Below, in pieces: positions 8,526-13,138 of a stretch of DNA of 13,138 bases. Position 1 is the first letter of the stretch. The number at the start of each line of letters is the position of its first letter. The position numbers and the translations under genes are program-made. Source of the DNA: Candidatus Bathyarchaeia archaeon (lineage in GTDB: Archaea > Thermoproteota > Bathyarchaeia > Bathyarchaeales > Bathycorpusculaceae). Location: the NCBI GenBank assembly GCA_038883855.1, contig JAVZLH010000021.1:1-13138 (forward strand), written 5' to 3'. Under the pieces are notes generated by a model that had not been told where the DNA came from, did no database searches, and was given only the letters and a program-made list of their open reading frames with translations.

Positions 8526-8848
8526 AATAACGCATGAAAAATTGATAAATCAGAATTACTCAGTTCTATGTTCGGTTAAAATGAAGAAATCGCCTTCATA
8601 ATCATGTTATGCTTTCTCATATTTTTAATTCAAATTCCAAATTGAAAAATCGAAATAGGTAAAAACTGCAAAGTTGTCCATTAGGTAGATGGAAGTATGA
8701 AAGTAAATGAGTGGAGCTGGTAAGATGGAAGGAGTTTTCCCAAATCGATGTTTAAACCAAAATAGGGTCGTATCCTTTGCCCAAAATGTTCAAATTTCTC
8801 CGAAAGTGAAATAAGAGGCAAAAGCGTGATAGTAACGGCGGAATCACC

Positions 8849-9961
8849 ATGGTTACTAAAGTTGTCATGCCAAAACTAAGTTTGACTATGAAGGTTGGCA
8901 CTGTTGGTAAATGGTATAAGCGAGAGGGAGAAAACGTCGAAAAGGGCGAACCAATTGTTGAAATAATCTCTGAGAAGGCCACTTATGATTTGGAGGCGCC
9001 AGCTCCAGGCATATTAAGAAAAATCTTGGCGGAAGAAGGCGTAGACGCGCCAGTCAACGCCGTCTTAGCCATTATAACAGCTCCAAACGAAACCTTTTCA
9101 GAGGCTGAAATCCTCGCGGAAACAGTGTCTAAGGAGGAGGCTGAAGCTGAAGAGAAAATTCGCGCTTCTCCAGCTGCAAAACGTCTTGCAAAGGAACATG
9201 GCATAGACTTGTCAATGGTTGTCGGAAGTGGCCCAGATGGGCGAATAGTTGAGGAGGATGTGCAAAGGTTTATAGAGGAATCCCGCGGGCTATTGCCGAA
9301 AGTTAAGGAAATCATCCCGCTAAGCGGTTTCAGAAGGACATCCGCTGAACGGGTTTCTGCAAGCTTTAGAACAGCGCCCCACAGTACGGTGATAATGGAA
9401 GTTGATGTTTCAAAAGCCGCTGAACTGCATGAAAGGCTTAAAGTGTCCTATACGGCTATTATTGTGAGAGCTTCTGCTAAAGCGCTTAAAGAACACCCGA
9501 TAATAAACTCAACCTTTGACGGAGACAAAATAAGAGTTTTCGAAGACATAAATGTCGGCGTTGCTGTCGCCACAGGGCAAGGCTTGGTTGTTCCAGTAAT
9601 ACGCAACGCTGACAAAAAATCGCTTAAGGAAATAGACGAAGCCATAAACGCCTTAACCGAGAAGGCTAGAAGAGGAAAACTTTCCAGAGAAGAGGTTAGC
9701 GGCGGAACGTTCACAATTTCAAATTTGGGCATGTATGGCGTGGACTTTTTCACGCCGATAATTAACCCGCCGGAAGCCGCTATCCTAGGCGTTGGAAGAA
9801 TCACCGAAAAACCAGTTGCGGTTGAAGGAAAAATTGAAGCGAAACAAGTTATGAATTTAAGCCTCTCCTACGACCACAGAATTGTTGACGGCGCTCCAGC
9901 AGCCGAGTTTCTCCAGAAAGTGAAGCGTTACATAGAAGCGCCAGAAAACCTCGAACCCTAG
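8849..9961 (+). CDS. Dihydrolipoamide acyltransferase E2 subunit (AcoC/PdhC-like)
   Basis: Single lipoyl domain (VEIISEKATYDL), peripheral subunit-binding domain (RASPAAKRLAKEHGIDL..V.GSGPDGRI...DV), catalytic GGTFTISNLG and YDHRIVDG. Confidence 0.95.
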   Translation: MVTKVVMPKLSLTMKVGTVGKWYKREGENVEKGEPIVEIISEKATYDLEAPAPGILRKILAEEGVDAPVNAVLAIITAPNETFSEAEILAETVSKEEAEAEEKIRASPAAKRLAKEHGIDLSMVVGSGPDGRIVEEDVQRFIEESRGLLPKVKEIIPLSGFRRTSAERVSASFRTAPHSTVIMEVDVSKAAELHERLKVSYTAIIVRASAKALKEHPIINSTFDGDKIRVFEDINVGVAVATGQGLVVPVIRNADKKSLKEIDEAINALTEKARRGKLSREEVSGGTFTISNLGMYGVDFFTPIINPPEAAILGVGRITEKPVAVEGKIEAKQVMNLSLSYDHRIVDGAPAAEFLQKVKRYIEAPENLEP

Positions 9962-9962
9962 C

Positions 9963-10403
9963 CTAGTCTCTTGGGCTTTGAGAAGTGAACTCTAAGGCTT
10001 GAAGGATTCCCCGAGCCAAAGACAACAAGCAAATCACAATCATCAACGCCAGCAAAGGCACAAACTCAACAGTAAACTGGAATTCTTCAAAATTGATTGT
10101 CAGAACGCCAAAGTTTGTTGCGTAAGAGAGATAAATTATTAGGAAGAAGGCTTGCGCAATACTAAAGAGATATTTGTAAATTGTGCCTTCGCAAACTTTA
10201 ACTGCAAACGTGAAAAAGATTGTTGCCCAAGCCAAAATCGCAAAAGACATCATGTACTCTGGAAAGCTGGAAAGAAACATGGAAATGAAAATCCACACGA
10301 TGAAAAGAAAGACGGCGACAACCGCAGTTGCAAGCGTCGCCTTTGCAATTCTAGGAATAAGCTTTCTATAGCTCCTTTTTTCCGCATTTTCATCAGCGGT
10401 CAT
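9963..10403 (-). CDS. Hypothetical membrane protein (about 4 TM helices)
   Basis: Four hydrophobic segments. Probable start is ATG 10403, forming an ATGA overlap with the upstream stop at 10400-10402. Confidence 0.75.
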   Translation of the reverse strand: MTADENAEKRSYRKLIPRIAKATLATAVVAVFLFIVWIFISMFLSSFPEYMMSFAILAWATIFFTFAVKVCEGTIYKYLFSIAQAFFLIIYLSYATNFGVLTINFEEFQFTVEFVPLLALMIVICLLSLARGILQALEFTSQSPRD

Positions 10404-11167
10404 GAAGTCCACTCTCCCTCCCAAATCTGCACTTCTTCAAAGTATACGCGGATTAAACCATTGGCTGTCATTTTGGAAGGCTCGTCCACTGTTACCTCGA
10501 AAACGTTGCTGAAAGCTTCCCCAGAAAGAACATTTACAGGTTGGCTTGTGTTACCAAGAAATTCATCGTCAACATTGTACAGCTTAACTGTAAGCGAACC
10601 ATAAATTGGAAATTGAGCGTGATTTTCAAAGCTCAACAACATGTAGAACTTATTGACGCCGTCGTAAGCAAAGTTTGACGCCGTCAAATTATGGAACGGC
10701 GCACCCCACGACGTAGGAAAAGCCATGGAAACTCCCAAAACTATCACATAAGCCACTTTAAAGCCTAAACCAGCATCCACTAAAAGTTCAGTGTCATTCG
10801 TGAAAAGCCCCCTATCTTTTGAGGCTATTTCTTCTAGGCTGACTGAGAAGTCGCAGCTAGAATTAACCAGCACGCCAGCGGGAACATTTGGAAGGTGCGC
10901 CGAAAACATTGAGATTGTCTTATTTTCTTTTCGGATATGCACGTTTACGCTTATGTCTGAAAGGTCGTAAAAGCCAGTATTATTCACGTAGAAAGGCATA
11001 GATACGGAGAAGTTTCCGTTTTGGAAAGAAAATGTGGGTTCTTGGATGCCCATGGCTTTTGATTTGAGAAGCTCAGCCAACGATAAGCCTACTGTAACGG
11101 GTAATAGGATTGTGAAAATCCATAGAAACGCAATTAACCAGCCAATAGCCCTAATCGTCTGACGCAA
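10400..11167 (-). CDS. N-terminally anchored extracellular beta-sandwich protein (LEA_2/Ig-like repeats, inferred)
   Basis: N-terminal hydrophobic helix; two similar strand-rich units ('VNNTGFYDLSDISVNVHI', 'FENHAQFPIYGSLTVKLYN'); about 7 N-X-S/T sequons. TTG start with GAGGGA RBS. Confidence 0.75.
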   Translation of the reverse strand: MRQTIRAIGWLIAFLWIFTILLPVTVGLSLAELLKSKAMGIQEPTFSFQNGNFSVSMPFYVNNTGFYDLSDISVNVHIRKENKTISMFSAHLPNVPAGVLVNSSCDFSVSLEEIASKDRGLFTNDTELLVDAGLGFKVAYVIVLGVSMAFPTSWGAPFHNLTASNFAYDGVNKFYMLLSFENHAQFPIYGSLTVKLYNVDDEFLGNTSQPVNVLSGEAFSNVFEVTVDEPSKMTANGLIRVYFEEVQIWEGEWTS

Positions 11168-11202
11168 GACAACGCTTCCCTCACAACACTACAGAGTCTT
11201 TG

Positions 11203-11538
11203 CTAAGCTTTTTCAGACTTCCTTTCTTCCTCAGCTTTCGACGTAGCTGCTTGCGGAGGCTGCTGTCGCGCCGCAGACTTAAACTCTTTATAGAGCTGTA
11301 TACCCCTTATTGTTGCGATAGAACCAACCCAGCCCATAACACCCAAATACATTATCCTTATTAGGGCTACAGCGATTGGTCCAAGAATTTCGCCTAAAGC
11401 TTCTGAAAGGTTCAGCGCTGGCAAAAAGTTTGGGTCGGCGATGAGCATTATGTAAGCCATGATGAAAGTGAATATCAGCAGCACCAAGCCAACAATTATT
11501 AGGATGTATGCGACGAGTTCTGGCTTTTCAATTTTCAT
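11203..11538 (-). CDS. Small hypothetical membrane protein (2 TM helices)
   Basis: MKIEKPELVAYILIIVGLVLLIFTF... with a GTGGTGA RBS 5 nt before ATG 11538. The 62-codon N-terminal extension in the ORF track runs through the repeat tract and looks spurious. Confidence 0.75.
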   Translation of the reverse strand: MKIEKPELVAYILIIVGLVLLIFTFIMAYIMLIADPNFLPALNLSEALGEILGPIAVALIRIMYLGVMGWVGSIATIRGIQLYKEFKSAARQQPPQAATSKAEEERKSEKA

Positions 11539-11634
11539 TAACATCACCACACGTTTAGGCTGATTTTCGTTGGAACTTGTATAAAAAGCATATCCCAAAC
11601 CCTTTAAATGTTGATGTTTAATGAGTCGTTTGTT

Positions 11635-11898
11635 GTGTTTCAGTTTCTTTTGAGTTGTGGTTTCATTTTGTTTGCTATGTTGTTTTGAGTTGAGAATCTC
11701 CGTAGTTTTTGAAATTATCTTCATAGTTTCGTAATGGAGATTTTTGTTTTTGATATTTGTTGTGAAATTATCTCCGTTAAGTTTTGGAGAATCTCCATAG
11801 TGTTTAGTTTGGTTTGTTTCATGTTTCGTTTCTCATTTTCGTTTAATAAATTGTGTTTCCTTTTCAAATGGAAAATTGCGTTAGCTGAGAAACGACAT
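11635..11898. repeat. T-skewed non-coding tract with iterated ATCTYCRT-core repeats, GTTTC pentamers and inverted repeats (candidate replication origin or protein-binding array)
   Basis: GAGAATCTCCGTAGT 11692-11706; TGAAATTATCTTCATAGT 11710-11727; inverted ATGGAGAT 11734-11741; TGAAATTATCTCCGT 11763-11777; GAGAATCTCCATAGT 11787-11801; inverted repeat TCGTTTCTCA 11826-11835 / TGAGAAACGA 11886-11895. Confidence 0.7.
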
Positions 11899-12384
11899 TT
11901 AAACAGTCTTCTCAATTTGAACCGCTCTTTGGAGAAGTTCTTTTTGGAGTTTGCGGATTATTCCTTTTATGAGTGAGCGGTAGGCTAAGAACTCAGCTAT
12001 TTGTCCATCCTGAGAGCCATAACGATAGACTATCCTAGGTTCTGGCTTGTCTTTCTTTGTTGAAACCCTAAGAGTTGAACTTCCCTTAACGCATTGCATA
12101 ATAAATCATTTCTGAAGGTTCTTGTTTTGACTGAGTAGGCTAACCCAAGCCATGATTTTAACGTTTTTCTCCCATGAAACCTTCTTGTCGAAGACTACAT
12201 GATAGCTCTTTTTTGAGCTTTTCAAAATAATGAAGCCTTTAAGCCTAAACCACCTCATTGTCCGTATAGCCCAATATTTAACAATCTTGAAAGGCGTGTT
12301 ATCAAAATCTAATTTTACCGTGTTTCTGTCAGTGAATCCCAAAATGAAAGGTAAACTATTTTCAGTATTCGACTTCCTTTTCAA
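11899..12384 (-). pseudogene. Minimal archaeo-eukaryotic primase (AEP/prim-pol)-like gene interrupted by one in-frame TGA at 12106-12108
   Basis: Track ORFs 12106..12450 and 11899..12099 share a frame (…NLQK*FIMQCVKG…). VKLDFD resembles AEP motif I and KSSKKSYHVVF resembles motif II; TLRVS follows the stop. GAAGGTGA RBS lies 5 nt before TTG 12384 (alternative start ATG 12399). Confidence 0.6.
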
Positions 12385-12668
12385 TCCATTCACCTTCATA
12401 ACCGTATTTCTCGGGGTTCTCCAGAAACTTCTTAGCTGAAATGTGGACAAAGCCTCTAGGCATATATTTGGTGAGCCTTAATTACGGCTTTGTAAAGGTC
12501 TTTCCCTTTGCCATGAAACTCATATCTACCACTTTGCACAACTTTCTTGAGTCTCTTAGTCTTTTTCCAATATCTCTGCTTCACTCCATCTTTTCGAACT
12601 TTCCAATACCTTTGTTTAACAGGAATCCAAGCCTCATAACTACCGTAAACCGCAATCTTCTTAACCAT
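12362..12668 (-). pseudogene. Small basic protein with tandem VKQRYWK motif, split by a 1-nt frameshift near 12464-12469
   Basis: ATG 12668 with a GGAG/GTGGT RBS gives MVKKIAVYG…AHQIYA*. The +1 frame continues MPRGFVHISAKKFLENPEKYGYEGEWIEKEVEY* to TGA 12362-12364. The span is 307 nt, i.e. 102 codons plus 1 nt. Confidence 0.55.
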
Positions 12669-13047
12669 GACAAACCACTCTCCTTTTTCCCTTCTTTTCC
12701 AAAAGCCAAGCTTCAACGTCTCTCAAGAAATCAGCAAAGTTAACGTAATGCGTGTTTTGGAATTTGCAAGTTAGCCATTCTTTGAGTTGTTCAGTTGAAA
12801 GCTCATCGTTAAGCCACTGTTCTACCCAAGTCTGCTTTATAGCGTTAGGAATAGGCTCGACAATCAATGCTCTTCTAGTCTTCAAATCAACCTTGATTAA
12901 TGGAATGCTGTTCGCTTTCATGTATTCCCTTAAAATGGGTTTCACTTGTTCAAAGCAAAGGGCTAATGTTTCCCGCTTCTTTGCACTTGTAGGCTTGACC
13001 TTCTCGAAAGCTGTAATAGTGAGAGTTAGAGCGTTCTCTATGCTCAT
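12661..13047 (-). CDS. Hypothetical protein (128 aa) of the putative mobile element
   Basis: Strong GAGGTGA RBS 6 nt before the ATG; the stop overlaps the next gene start. No family recognised. Confidence 0.75.
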   Translation of the reverse strand: MSIENALTLTITAFEKVKPTSAKKRETLALCFEQVKPILREYMKANSIPLIKVDLKTRRALIVEPIPNAIKQTWVEQWLNDELSTEQLKEWLTCKFQNTHYVNFADFLRDVEAWLLEKKGKRRVVCHG

Positions 13048-13053
13048 TTTACA

Positions 13054-13137
13054 TCACCTCAATGGGTTAAAGCGGAAGTTCATGAAGTCGGTTAACTCGA
13101 GAAATTCTTTGAATTCGGCTTCAGAAACCGCTTCTTT
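13054..13137 (-). CDS. 3' end of an upstream gene, partial (possibly an AAA+/MCM-like ATPase lid helix)
   Basis: Not in the ORF track. Reads …KEAVSEAEFKEFLELTDFMNFRFNPLR* and its TGA is part of the GAGGTGA RBS of the next gene. The family guess is weak. Confidence 0.5.
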   Translation of the reverse strand, partial: KEAVSEAEFKEFLELTDFMNFRFNPLR

Positions 13138-13138
13138 C

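Larger units (their letters stand above)
11610..13138 (-). mobile_element. Left end of a putative integrated virus/plasmid-like element, continuing beyond the window
   Basis: Abrupt switch to short, overlapping, co-oriented unknown genes including an AEP-like gene, two reading-frame lesions and a flanking repeat tract. No integrase, att site or tRNA is visible, so the boundary is approximate. Confidence 0.55.

Noticed and set aside
6598-10604. Short antisense or alternate-frame ORFs over the E1/E2 and membrane genes
   Set aside because: They overlap confident CDSs, mostly as codon-mirror frames, with no recognisable domains.
11692-11801. Possible CRISPR array
   Set aside because: The repeats are only 8-18 nt, irregularly spaced, mixed in orientation and lack spacer-sized unique intervals; no cas genes are present.
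11610-11898. Chromosomal oriC with canonical ORB elements
   Set aside because: There is only one loose mini-ORB-like match, no G-string and no adjacent cdc6/orc1 in the window. Not excluded, but unsupported.
11540-11900. tRNA gene or att site at the element boundary
   Set aside because: No cloverleaf or T-loop (GTTCRAATC) signature was found, and a direct-repeat partner cannot be tested because the other end lies outside the window.
11539-11976. ORFs 11721..11915(-), 11734..11976(+) and the N-terminal extension of 11203..11724(-)
   Set aside because: They run through the skewed repeat tract. Their K/N/Q/T- or F-rich composition and recurring 'TEIL/TEII/MEIL' simply mirror the DNA repeats, and a good RBS supports the start at 11538.
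12106-12108. Selenocysteine or genetic-code reassignment at the in-frame TGA
   Set aside because: The context fits Trp rather than a catalytic Cys, adjacent genes terminate with TGA, Trp is encoded by TGG in the same gene, and I recognised no SECIS-like element.
12230-12743. Plus-strand ORFs 12230..12439 and 12441..12743
   Set aside because: They are antisense to the coupled minus-strand cassette, which has RBSs and protein-level signals.

Overview
This is an archaeal chromosomal window; gene content and the GGTGA/GAGG ribosome-binding sites suggest Bathyarchaeia, which is an inference. Positions 1-11,540 hold ordinary host genes. First come the tail of a CobO/BtuR corrinoid adenosyltransferase and an operon of coiled-coil protein, DUF373, an MTAP-family phosphorylase with 6-oxopurine-type residues, and uppS. 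Next are a Ygr210/YchF-type Obg NTPase, a membrane-anchored transglutaminase-like glycoprotein, an acetoin/2-oxoacid dehydrogenase E1a-E1b-E2 cluster with no E3 in the window, and three unknown membrane genes. From about 11,610 to the end the character changes. A T-skewed non-coding tract with nested direct and inverted repeats abuts a tightly packed minus-strand cassette of unknown genes. The ORF track splits two of these genes. One is a minimal AEP primase-like gene broken by a single in-frame TGA. The other is a small basic protein with a duplicated VKQRYWK motif broken by a 1-nt frameshift. The best reading is the left end of an integrated, decaying (or recoded) virus/plasmid-like replicon with its candidate origin.
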